Below are positions 34,686 through 43,411 of a stretch of DNA of 64,000 nt, one piece after another; position 1 is the first letter of the stretch, and every line of letters begins with the position of its first letter. The notes under the pieces were generated by a model. The model saw nothing but the letters and a program-made list of their open reading frames with translations. It was not told the DNA's origin and did not search any database. Made by a program: the position numbers and the translations under genes. This DNA comes from a virus. The stretch lies in the IMG/VR virus record IMGVR_UViG_3300032132_000004, positions 1-64,000 of that record; one strand, given 5' to 3'.

Positions 34686-35327
34686 TTAATTCTGGGAGGA
34701 GGGCATGAATCTCATGACCTCATTGTTAAGGAACTCATTCTGAAAGGGAGCTTGTTCCTCGTTTATCTCTTTATCTGCTAGAGAGATAACTAGTGCTTGT
34801 TCTGAGGAGACAAATTTCTCCTCATTAACAGCTTCCAAATTAGCAACTTCTTCAATAAGCTGCTCTTTTTGATCTTCTAGTTCCTTAGTAGTTTCTTCTT
34901 GAATAGAAGCTTTGCTACTTAGAACTTTAATTGTGCTTTGTAGTTTTTCATTCTCTATAGCTAGTAAGCCTACTTGCTCAGAGATAGTATCGAACTCTTC
35001 TTGGAGTTCTCCATGAGAGGTAGCGATCTCAGAAACAGCAGAGTCTTCATCTGCACCAGTAAGCTCTAAGGTCATCAGAGTTCGGACTGATTCAAAAAGA
35101 CGAGCGTTCCTAAAAACCTCGTTCTCTTCTGATAGCTCTGTTAAAGCTTGTTCTTTTAGTTGGTCAACCTTGGTGCGTAAATAGGCATTAACCTTAGCCT
35201 CCAAAAGACCGATCTTCTCAGAGACTTGTTCATTAATAGTAGAATCCACCAGTTCGAAAATAGTTTCGACAGTGGATTCATCAAGTCCTTCGGGAAGAAT
35301 ATTTGCAATATCCTTTAAATTATCCAT
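34686..35327 (-). CDS. Prohead scaffolding protein (gp22-like)
   Basis: Acidic coiled-coil protein between the protease and capsid genes. Confidence 0.8.
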   Translation of the reverse strand: MDNLKDIANILPEGLDESTVETIFELVDSTINEQVSEKIGLLEAKVNAYLRTKVDQLKEQALTELSEENEVFRNARLFESVRTLMTLELTGADEDSAVSEIATSHGELQEEFDTISEQVGLLAIENEKLQSTIKVLSSKASIQEETTKELEDQKEQLIEEVANLEAVNEEKFVSSEQALVISLADKEINEEQAPFQNEFLNNEVMRFMPSSQN

Positions 35328-35351
35328 ACGTATACGTCTCCTAGGTTACAA

Positions 35352-35359
35352 TATCTATA
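35352..35359 (-). promoter_or_regulatory. Putative late promoter TATAGATA of the scaffold-capsid operon
   Basis: One mismatch from the T4 late consensus TATAAATA; AT-rich upstream tract; AGGAG downstream. Confidence 0.6.
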
Positions 35360-35413
35360 ACCCTCAGAATAAATTTTTATTTTTATTTAAAAAATGTATG
35401 TTTAAACTAAGGC

Positions 35414-36796
35414 TTACTTTACATTAAGCATCTCAGCGATTATGTTACCAATTCTCTTGTAGGCAACAGCCTCGTGAGTCCCGTGTTCTTTCTTAAATCT
35501 ATCTTTACTTTGGGTTGCGGCTCCTCTAGCTCCCCCTATGTATTTTTTCCTTTTAGCTTTATCGTCGTTTGGGTTATTTTTTCTTGCCTTAGTCAGTCTT
35601 GCTTTAAGCTGTTTGGCTAATTTATTCCTATCGGCCTGAAGCTCTACGGTTCTAGTTTCGCCTGGTTTTCTACCCGCTACTGTCCTTTTAGAGTCTTTAG
35701 GTTTAAGGGCATCAGCCTTCTTTTGGAGCATAGCCTTACTCTTATCGGAATAGTCTGCTGACCCTGGGCCTCCAGCGCCAAGTTTAGCTCTTAAACCTAC
35801 ATCGCCTCCAGCTTCGCCCCTTGCTCTGATTCGAGATGCCTGAACATCGCCCACAGCTTCTGCCCTTTTACCTGCTTTTATCCTCAAACGATCCCTAAAG
35901 CCAGGACCACTTTTGCCGCTACCACTAGGTTGCCTAGATATTAGTTCTTTAGCAAGGTCCCTATTTTCTTTATCCTTTTTTTGGGAATCTAACTCACTAC
36001 TAATATCTTCTCTAAGAATAGAAGCAAGAGCATGTGCTATTGGGATATAAGAATCTTGAACATAGCGCATCATTTGATTCGAGGGCCTCTTCTTCTTCTT
36101 CTTCTCAGGCTTCTTAGGCTTCTCAGGCTTCTCAGGCTTCTCAGGCTTCTCAGGCTTCTCAGGCTTCTCAGGCTTCTTAACCTCCTCAATCCAAGGCTGA
36201 TATGCTTCACGAAGTTTAGACTGTAGCATGGTAACTAGGTTACCCTCTTTCTTAAGCTTGCTCTGAGACTCTCTAACAAACTGGTTTTCTGTAGACTCAC
36301 ACATGCCTGGGAAAGCTCCTCTAGTTGATGGATCTGCAACTAGGTCGAAGGTAACTAGCTTGTAGTCTTCGTTGACGATCTTGTTTCCTTCAGAATCTTC
36401 TGAAAGAGTTCCCATGCCTCTGCTTGAAATACCAATCTTAACTCCACCTTCTACAAGAGCTTTAGCTGTAAGACCAGCAGGAGTGTTCAGGAGTTCTGCT
36501 TCTCCAATATAATCGTTGCCTACTAGGTCTAAAGTTGTGATTAGGTGGGAAGCGTTAGAGAGCTTTACAGTGTCGTTCTGGGGGTGGTCGAGTTCTCCGC
36601 ACAGTCTGCGCTCTGCAATCAAAGGCTGAACCTGCTTTAGCTGTCCTTCTAGAACATTACGTGGGTAGATTCTACCGTTGTTGTTCTTCTCATTACAACG
36701 ACCAAAGACGCCCTTAATCTTAGTTGGGCCTTTACCTTTACTTTCAGAAATAATCTGTAGGTTCTCAATTATAAAAACATCTTGGAGTAATTGCAT
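35414..36796 (-). CDS. Prohead protease (gp21-like) with a long basic C-terminal extension
   Basis: NNNGRIYP, GELDHP, SH, TPAG, GISSRGMG, DLVADPS; start moved to ATG 36796. Confidence 0.93.
   Translation of the reverse strand: MQLLQDVFIIENLQIISESKGKGPTKIKGVFGRCNEKNNNGRIYPRNVLEGQLKQVQPLIAERRLCGELDHPQNDTVKLSNASHLITTLDLVGNDYIGEAELLNTPAGLTAKALVEGGVKIGISSRGMGTLSEDSEGNKIVNEDYKLVTFDLVADPSTRGAFPGMCESTENQFVRESQSKLKKEGNLVTMLQSKLREAYQPWIEEVKKPEKPEKPEKPEKPEKPEKPKKPEKKKKKRPSNQMMRYVQDSYIPIAHALASILREDISSELDSQKKDKENRDLAKELISRQPSGSGKSGPGFRDRLRIKAGKRAEAVGDVQASRIRARGEAGGDVGLRAKLGAGGPGSADYSDKSKAMLQKKADALKPKDSKRTVAGRKPGETRTVELQADRNKLAKQLKARLTKARKNNPNDDKAKRKKYIGGARGAATQSKDRFKKEHGTHEAVAYKRIGNIIAEMLNVK
36102..36173. 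repeat. 9-bp tandem repeat, 8 units (one variant), encoding (KPE)n
   Basis: TTCTCAGGC units read directly from the sequence; in frame within the protease extension. Confidence 0.95.
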
Positions 36797-36797
36797 A

Positions 36798-37205
36798 TTA
36801 TTTATCCTTCTTATCTTCTCTTCCGTCCTTGCCACCAATACCGCGTTCCTTCTTGATGGATCTACTACCGTACTTCTGAGCTAACTTGTCTGAGCCTTTG
36901 CCGTACCTTAGGAGAGTACGTGCAGCGTGCTTCTTAACGCTAGGAAACTTAGCGGAGGGGGTAGCACTTCCAGGCGTGAAGCCTTTAGCGATCTTTCCTC
37001 TACCACTCTTCTTGCCCCACTTACCTTTAGATACAACGTATATCCTACCAGCAGCTTTAGTTGTAAACATACTACCATAAGCCCCATCAGAGAGAGCAGA
37101 CTTAATACTATCGTAAGTCTTAACTCTTCCTTTGAATGCTTTCTTCTTTTCCTTAGGCTCTTCTTTGCCTTCGGAAAGTGTGGTTAGTAGGTCAGTAAAT
37201 TTCAT
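36798..37205 (-). CDS. Basic putative prohead core/internal protein
   Basis: Lys-rich, N-terminus MKFTDLLTTLSE, directly upstream of the protease gene. Confidence 0.55.
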   Translation of the reverse strand: MKFTDLLTTLSEGKEEPKEKKKAFKGRVKTYDSIKSALSDGAYGSMFTTKAAGRIYVVSKGKWGKKSGRGKIAKGFTPGSATPSAKFPSVKKHAARTLLRYGKGSDKLAQKYGSRSIKKERGIGGKDGREDKKDK

Positions 37206-37693
37206 TTGCGTCTTGAAACAAGTCTAGCTCTAATAGAATCTTTTCGCTTTTCTTTTTTGCTATTTTTAGGTTTCTTATAAGTAGCCTCTGGTGAGGGGTT
37301 AGATTGCTCAGGACCAGCTAGGTTACATCCAATGTGCCCTGTGCCAGTAGTAGCTGCCGTCATCTCTTTAAGGAGATTCCGTACTTCCTCTAGCAAAGGT
37401 ACAAGCTGTTGGGCTGTACTCTCTGTTAGAGTTTCTAAAGAAGGCTTCTCTTCCAGCTTATCATCCGTCCAGACTACTTCTGGCATAGCTTCATCTGCTG
37501 GCTCTTCCTGTGAGTGGAAGCTCTCCCCTAGAAGAGACTTCATAAAAGAATCAGGAACCCTAGTCTCGGAGATATCAATGCCAGCAGGAGCTAACCCAGA
37601 TCCCTTTGAATTAGGGGGTAGAGCTTTCCCTTGCTTAACATCGGCAACACTCTCAAGAATTAGCTTCTCTGCGAAATCGCCTATGCTATCCAT
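37202..37693 (-). CDS. Putative prohead core protein
   Basis: ILE, LTE and LKE sites; located in the head-core cluster. Confidence 0.5.
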   Translation of the reverse strand: MDSIGDFAEKLILESVADVKQGKALPPNSKGSGLAPAGIDISETRVPDSFMKSLLGESFHSQEEPADEAMPEVVWTDDKLEEKPSLETLTESTAQQLVPLLEEVRNLLKEMTAATTGTGHIGCNLAGPEQSNPSPEATYKKPKNSKKEKRKDSIRARLVSRRK

Positions 37694-38058
37694 TACTCTT
37701 CTTCAGTTACATCTTGAAGAAGGATTTCTTTAATAGTTGCGTCTATGACAGCATCAACATCCTCTTCGCTCTCATCAAGCTGAGAGAGACGATCTACAAG
37801 ACCGACAACTACTTCAAGGTGCTCTAGAATACGATCTTCTTCGATAGCCTCTGAAAGCTCAGAAGTGCAAAGAGGGCATACGTGTGCTTCCTCGATAGTA
37901 TCTTCTTCAGCCTCTACGGCTGGAGCTTCTTCTTCTTTCTCAACTACCTCCGAGGTAGCCTCATCAACTCGCTCTACTGGAGTGATGCCTACTTTGCCCC
38001 ATGCTGCTGATTCTAGTAGCTGGTTGCGAAGCTCGTCCGTTAATTTAATGTGATCCAT
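37693..38058 (-). CDS. Acidic putative prohead core protein with a CPLC motif
   Basis: Very acidic, LLE/IEE/LDE sites; ATG at 38058 preferred over TTG at 38070; CTAAATA upstream (38105-38099). Confidence 0.55.
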   Translation of the reverse strand: MDHIKLTDELRNQLLESAAWGKVGITPVERVDEATSEVVEKEEEAPAVEAEEDTIEEAHVCPLCTSELSEAIEEDRILEHLEVVVGLVDRLSQLDESEEDVDAVIDATIKEILLQDVTEEE

Positions 38059-38146
38059 TGTATTATCCAATTTTGGTTAAGATTTTCATCTCTACACATA
38101 TTTAGCTTAGTTGCATATAATCTCTAGTTTTATTTTGAAAAATGAC

Positions 38147-40894
38147 CTAGCGTGGAGTAGAACGCTTTGTTGGGGGTTCTGTGGTCGTTGGAGGCACAAC
38201 CTGCTCTCCTGTGTTGAGGGACTTGATGGGTTGGAAGGTGTCAGTTGTTGCAGCAGCTTTAGCCTTTCTCTGCACTAGTAGAGACTTGAAGAAGTTGATC
38301 CTTTTGTCTGCACTTTTAATAGGAGGTACCACCTTTACATCGCTAAAAATACCATTTCTAATAGAGTCCCTTATGAGGGGGAAATTCTCTAAACCAAGTA
38401 GTCTATTGAACTGATGAAAGTATAACCTACTAAACACATCATGCTCTGTAACTGATTTTCCAATACCGTTAAAACCTAGGAGGTAGTTATCATCCATCTC
38501 AGTGATAATCTCTTTCAACAACCGTAAGCCTGTCTTCTTTCTAGCTGGGGTAAAGGTGGAGGCTGAGACTAAATCATTACCTTCCCTATATCCTGTAGTG
38601 AATATCTTATCCCCAGGGGTGATTTGAGTAATCCTAGCTTGGGTATTAGGGTTCCCCCAAACGTCTGTTCCATCCCTTCCATTGGTTTGCAAACGTACAA
38701 ATTTGTTTGTTTGTTCTTTATTTAGGTTTGGAACTATACTAGTCCTACACCTTAGCTGTCTGATCACTGTGCCAGAAGTCTCCATAGACACGATCTGAGA
38801 CTTACTATTGAAGACGTTTAGATCGCTTCTGTTAGTGGGATATACTATTATGTACCAAGGGATTTGCCTAGTTAGGAGAGGTATTGTTTTGTTTACCTTA
38901 GGGGAATCAAACAGAATGTCTGTCTGCTTCATAGTAAGAGAGGAGGTATCCTCTATATAATCCAGAATAATATCCTCATCATCCAAGAGGAATACCCTGT
39001 TATTTGCTTTGTATTTTATATAAGCGTTCACTTCTGCAAGACCAGCATCAGTAACGGTGTCTGCAAGCTCGTATCTTGCCGTAGTATCTTTAAGTAAGAA
39101 GGATCCAGTAGGGCTTGGTTTGGTTGTAATAGAGCTTAGTACACAACTAAGCATGTAGTACGGTTGTCTGGTAGCAGTTAAAGAGTAGTTGAACTCTATG
39201 TTCGATAGGATACTTGCGCTAACCTCCAGTGTTCTCCCTGAGTCCCCCCCTAGGAGGTTGATAGCTTTTTGCCTTGTCCTCTCTGGGATTAGGAATGCGT
39301 GATCCTTCTCAGACTTAACAAAAAGATCGTAAGTCTTATCCCCTCTCTTCACCTTGAAACAATCTCCGTCGTGAATAGAAAGGGAACTTCTCTCAATGAA
39401 AGTATCATCATCGTTAAGGTAGAACTGTCGTATCTCTCCGTCAATCTTACAATCAATCCTCTTGTCTGTGTCAGAGGCTAGAGTCTTCCAGTTAGGAAGA
39501 ATATTCTGCATGTTACCCTTAGCGTTGGAGACATCTAAGCTGAACATATCCCGCTCAATTAAAGACACTGCTGCAATTTCGTTAACCTTATCATGCACAC
39601 TTCGTTTAATAAGAACTGGTTCCCTACTCTTACTGTCTTCTGCTAAGGTTCTAAGTAGGCGTAGAGGAATAGCATCTAAAGTTCCATCCAAAACTCTAGA
39701 ACCAATCATAGAGAATATTTGATTCTTATTTAAAGGAGTACCGTCGTAGTTTCTTATCTCCTCTAGGAGAGTCCTTACTTCTGGCTTCAAGCTTCTGTAC
39801 AAGGAATCAGGGGTTACCCCTGCTGTGTAGTTACTATTCCAATTTCCTGTATTATCTTGGTTAGACAAAACATACTCTATATTACTGTCAATCTCCTTGT
39901 TAAATAGCTCAGTGTGTCTGGAAGTATTCCTAGCTATGGTAGGAGCAGGAGGAGTTAAATCAAAGGCAAGGTCTGCATCCTCTAGTCCCATAGGATTTTC
40001 TTCTAATAAAGTTCCTATGATAGTAGGATCGTTTAGATCAATTTCTCCTGTTTCCATTGCTGCATTAACTAAAGAATCTACATTCGTACCTACGTTCCCA
40101 TTTCCTATAGGAGGAGTAGAAGGTTCAATTAAACCTCCTCCTATACTAGGAGTTAAAGTATCTGCTAGAGTTCCTACATTACCTCCTAAATCATTGTCGC
40201 CTGGATCAAGTAAGCCTTCCCCTGGATTTGGGGCTAGGTTATCTTCAAACGTTCCTACGTTCCCACCGAAAACGTCTCCACCCCCAGGGGTTACGGTACC
40301 TCCTCCAGGGAAGGGGTTTTGAGGTCCAACGGGAATTCCTCCACCTCCTCCTCCTGGGGCTGGTCCTGGGATATCATCGTTTGGGCTTTCTGGGGGGGGC
40401 CTATTACAGTTATTTTCACAGTCTGCCTGGGTCCTATAAGCACCCCCTCCAGGGGGAACGGTTATATCTTGTGTAAAAGAAGTACACTTATAATCAGGGA
40501 AGCCTGAGCACTTCCAGTATGTTACTAGGGTTCCGCCGCCTCCGCCTCCTCCTCCCCCACCTGGGGCTGCTGGGGAAGGTGGGCCAGGGGAAGTTGGTCT
40601 AGGGGCCTGAGGACCTCCTCCTGGCTGTCCTGCGGGTCCTCCTCCTGTGCCTGGGACTACTGCGGGTGGTGGGGGATTGCCTGGAGGGGGCACAGGACCA
40701 GGAGTGCTAGGTCCAGGCTGCACTGGTCCTGTGGGTACTTCAGGGGGAGATGGCTCTAAAGGAGGTATACTAGGCCCAGGCCCAGGATCACCTCCTCCGC
40801 TATCAATAGTTCCCCCGCCATCAAATTCAGGAAAGTTGCCGGGACCAAATCCAGGGAGAAAAGTCCCGCAACCGAATGTGGGATTCTCGGCCAT
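38147..40894 (-). CDS. Large putative structural protein with a Pro/Gly-rich N-terminal region
   Basis: 915 aa; last gene of the baseplate/fibre run; long PG-rich tract, a small 4-Cys module and GNVGT repeats. Confidence 0.65.
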   Translation of the reverse strand: MAENPTFGCGTFLPGFGPGNFPEFDGGGTIDSGGGDPGPGPSIPPLEPSPPEVPTGPVQPGPSTPGPVPPPGNPPPPAVVPGTGGGPAGQPGGGPQAPRPTSPGPPSPAAPGGGGGGGGGGTLVTYWKCSGFPDYKCTSFTQDITVPPGGGAYRTQADCENNCNRPPPESPNDDIPGPAPGGGGGGIPVGPQNPFPGGGTVTPGGGDVFGGNVGTFEDNLAPNPGEGLLDPGDNDLGGNVGTLADTLTPSIGGGLIEPSTPPIGNGNVGTNVDSLVNAAMETGEIDLNDPTIIGTLLEENPMGLEDADLAFDLTPPAPTIARNTSRHTELFNKEIDSNIEYVLSNQDNTGNWNSNYTAGVTPDSLYRSLKPEVRTLLEEIRNYDGTPLNKNQIFSMIGSRVLDGTLDAIPLRLLRTLAEDSKSREPVLIKRSVHDKVNEIAAVSLIERDMFSLDVSNAKGNMQNILPNWKTLASDTDKRIDCKIDGEIRQFYLNDDDTFIERSSLSIHDGDCFKVKRGDKTYDLFVKSEKDHAFLIPERTRQKAINLLGGDSGRTLEVSASILSNIEFNYSLTATRQPYYMLSCVLSSITTKPSPTGSFLLKDTTARYELADTVTDAGLAEVNAYIKYKANNRVFLLDDEDIILDYIEDTSSLTMKQTDILFDSPKVNKTIPLLTRQIPWYIIVYPTNRSDLNVFNSKSQIVSMETSGTVIRQLRCRTSIVPNLNKEQTNKFVRLQTNGRDGTDVWGNPNTQARITQITPGDKIFTTGYREGNDLVSASTFTPARKKTGLRLLKEIITEMDDNYLLGFNGIGKSVTEHDVFSRLYFHQFNRLLGLENFPLIRDSIRNGIFSDVKVVPPIKSADKRINFFKSLLVQRKAKAAATTDTFQPIKSLNTGEQVVPPTTTEPPTKRSTPR

Positions 40895-43411
40895 TTAATT
40901 CTTAAGCGTGATAGTTGGGTTAGTACCGTTTAGGTTACCGTAGAGGTAAGGAGCATCTGAAAGATAGATTCCTGTGAGGGACCACATAACGGTTGGGTAT
41001 GTACATTTTGCCATACGAGGGTTACCAACATACCCCCTACCGTTTCCTGCGGCAATAGGCTCTGTGTTAGAGTAGAGGATATCTCCTACAGGAACGACAA
41101 AGCCACTAAATCTTTCTCCATCCCTCTGCGATACGGTTAGAGGGTTTGCAGCAGTAGATACTTTGCCAGGAACATTCGTTACTGAGTGAGGTGCTGGGAA
41201 AGGCACTGCATTCCCAAGAACATTATTATTATCATTTGCTACAAACGCAACGTAGATAGTAAACTCATCAAATCCCTTCTCTACCCAGTGACCAGCATAG
41301 CTTCCTGTATCTAGTTCTGAGTGATGACCATGAGAACCTGCTAGAGTACCTCCTATACAGTTAACCAAACTAACATCTACTTTGTAGTCAGCTAGGTCTG
41401 GGTGTGTGGTCCTATCAAATTTAATCTTCTTAGATACATAGTGGAAGTTTATCATTCCAAGAGGACTTCCTGTTAGGTACTTATCAATATTTACATTAGT
41501 AAAGTTCTGAAGCCTAGTAGGATCACCCCCACCCGTAGTAGTTCCGTCAGTATTAACTAATTGGTTATAGCTTCCTCCTACAATGCTAGGATCGCTTCCA
41601 ACTGTTGTTTGAGCGGAGATAAAGGTATTGATGTAATCATTAGGATAAAGCCCTTTCGAATCAATATCCTGCTGAATACACCACTGAGCTAAATCCCAGT
41701 CTGGGTAGGTTGGAACATTGATGGAAGCTCCTGCGCTGCCAATACCATACTTAGATCGAATGTGCTGCTTGATATACGCATCGGCATTAGTATCAGTACT
41801 ACCATCATCTGCAAAGGATGCTTGGTAGAAATCATACATAGCTCCTTCTGGGCCGAAGTTCCAACCTCCGAAGACATAGCCCATAGCCAGTTGGTTAATA
41901 CCATCTTGCGATGTAACACCATCAAGAACAGTAATACGACCAGCAAGCTCATCGTAAGCTCTCTTGATCTCGTAATCCATCTGACCCTTGCCTACTGCTG
42001 GGTTAGCTAGGGATAGCTGTGGGAAGGCTGCACCGATACCTGCTCTCTCGTTGTATGCCAATTCGGCAGTACGGAATAAAGGTCTGATATCAATAACATC
42101 TGTGCTTAGGACTACCTGGGAACCACTCTGTACCCACACATAAGCTACTGGAAGAATAGACTGTCCGACAAGCTCGTATGCATCATCCTCTAGCTTCTCT
42201 GAGATTAGTGGAGCTAGGTTAAGAATATCATCAGGAGCAGGGAAACTTCCTTTTACCGTTTCTGCTATATCATTAGCAGAAGTGGAAAGAAAACCCATGG
42301 ATGTGTTCATCTGATCTCCTGGGTGAGCAGCAATGCCATGGTCATCATTGAGGTTTTTTATGTAGTCTTTGGTAAAGTCTGAGGTTTCTTGGAAGTTTGT
42401 CTTGATTCCTGCTCCTCTTACAATACCCAAAGCGGGCTTGGTGATTACCTCTTTGCCTGTTGGCTTAAGAATAGTAGTAGCACTAGCATCAATAGGCTTA
42501 CTGTAAATGAATACTAAATCAATACGACTCTCTACGCCAGTAACAGGAGTAGTAGTGCCAGCGGAATTAGTGTAAGCAAAATCGTCAGCATCAAACTGAG
42601 GAACTTCAATAGTAATTTCATCATCTACATCTACAATTGCTAATCTGGAAACACCACGCCAACGCTTAATAAAGTAATTCTCTGTTCTTGGGAACTTAGC
42701 CCAACCATTGTTAGTGTTTGTAGTTTCAAAGCTAGGAAGGATATAGGAGTCTACTGCTGAGTCTTGAGACTTAGCCCAAAGAAGGGCTTGGGAAATTACC
42801 ATAGGGGAGTACGGTACTCCTACCCCAGGGTAGTTTATGTTAATAAGGTCGTTCCCTGCATAGCTGAGTACCCCCTCTTCTAACTTAACTCCAGTAAAAT
42901 TGATAGGAGTGTCTGAGTTTAGGACAGGCCAAGTGAAAGCTCGTTCCGCTAAGCCGTTCATACCCATAGCGGATTCAGCCGCATGAGTTTGAAAAGTATC
43001 TAAAGCAGCCTGTAGGATAGCGTTCTTTCCATCCTCAAAGTTTCCTGGGTTGGGAAGGGCTGTAGACCAAGCATCTACATCTCCTACTGCTTCTCCCATA
43101 ACTTTACGAAGGTATGCTAGGGGAGCTTTAGTAGCCGCATCGTTTATCCTAGCAGTGAAGCGTCCTGGCTTTACACGGAGTACTCTATCTCCTCCAGAAG
43201 CAAAGGGGCGTAATTCGTCAAGGTCACTTCTTTTAACACCTAGAAGAGTATTAGTATCCTTACGAACTTGGTCACGAAGCCACAAGCAGTTCTCTTGTAG
43301 CTGCTTAAGAGGAATGTTATCTACCTCAAAGTAGTAAGGGTCGTTAGCCTTAAAGAACCTTGGAGGATCAGTAAACCTGTAATTGCTATCTTGATAAGTC
43401 CGTTCAGCCAT
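40895..43411 (-). CDS. Putative tail fibre/baseplate-attached protein
   Basis: N-terminal DNIPLKQLQENCLWL anchor-like motif, RIDLVF, DIRP. Confidence 0.6.
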   Translation of the reverse strand: MAERTYQDSNYRFTDPPRFFKANDPYYFEVDNIPLKQLQENCLWLRDQVRKDTNTLLGVKRSDLDELRPFASGGDRVLRVKPGRFTARINDAATKAPLAYLRKVMGEAVGDVDAWSTALPNPGNFEDGKNAILQAALDTFQTHAAESAMGMNGLAERAFTWPVLNSDTPINFTGVKLEEGVLSYAGNDLININYPGVGVPYSPMVISQALLWAKSQDSAVDSYILPSFETTNTNNGWAKFPRTENYFIKRWRGVSRLAIVDVDDEITIEVPQFDADDFAYTNSAGTTTPVTGVESRIDLVFIYSKPIDASATTILKPTGKEVITKPALGIVRGAGIKTNFQETSDFTKDYIKNLNDDHGIAAHPGDQMNTSMGFLSTSANDIAETVKGSFPAPDDILNLAPLISEKLEDDAYELVGQSILPVAYVWVQSGSQVVLSTDVIDIRPLFRTAELAYNERAGIGAAFPQLSLANPAVGKGQMDYEIKRAYDELAGRITVLDGVTSQDGINQLAMGYVFGGWNFGPEGAMYDFYQASFADDGSTDTNADAYIKQHIRSKYGIGSAGASINVPTYPDWDLAQWCIQQDIDSKGLYPNDYINTFISAQTTVGSDPSIVGGSYNQLVNTDGTTTGGGDPTRLQNFTNVNIDKYLTGSPLGMINFHYVSKKIKFDRTTHPDLADYKVDVSLVNCIGGTLAGSHGHHSELDTGSYAGHWVEKGFDEFTIYVAFVANDNNNVLGNAVPFPAPHSVTNVPGKVSTAANPLTVSQRDGERFSGFVVPVGDILYSNTEPIAAGNGRGYVGNPRMAKCTYPTVMWSLTGIYLSDAPYLYGNLNGTNPTITLKN

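Noticed and set aside
36102-36178. Tandem repeat as a CRISPR array
   Set aside because: 9-bp units without spacers, in frame inside a gene; no cas genes and no repeat-spacer array seen in the window
4834-40897. In-frame TAA-ATG junctions at 4836/4837, 30589/30590, 31168/31169 and 40894/40895 as readthrough fusions
   Set aside because: No domain visibly spans these junctions; ordinary tight packing and translational coupling explain them
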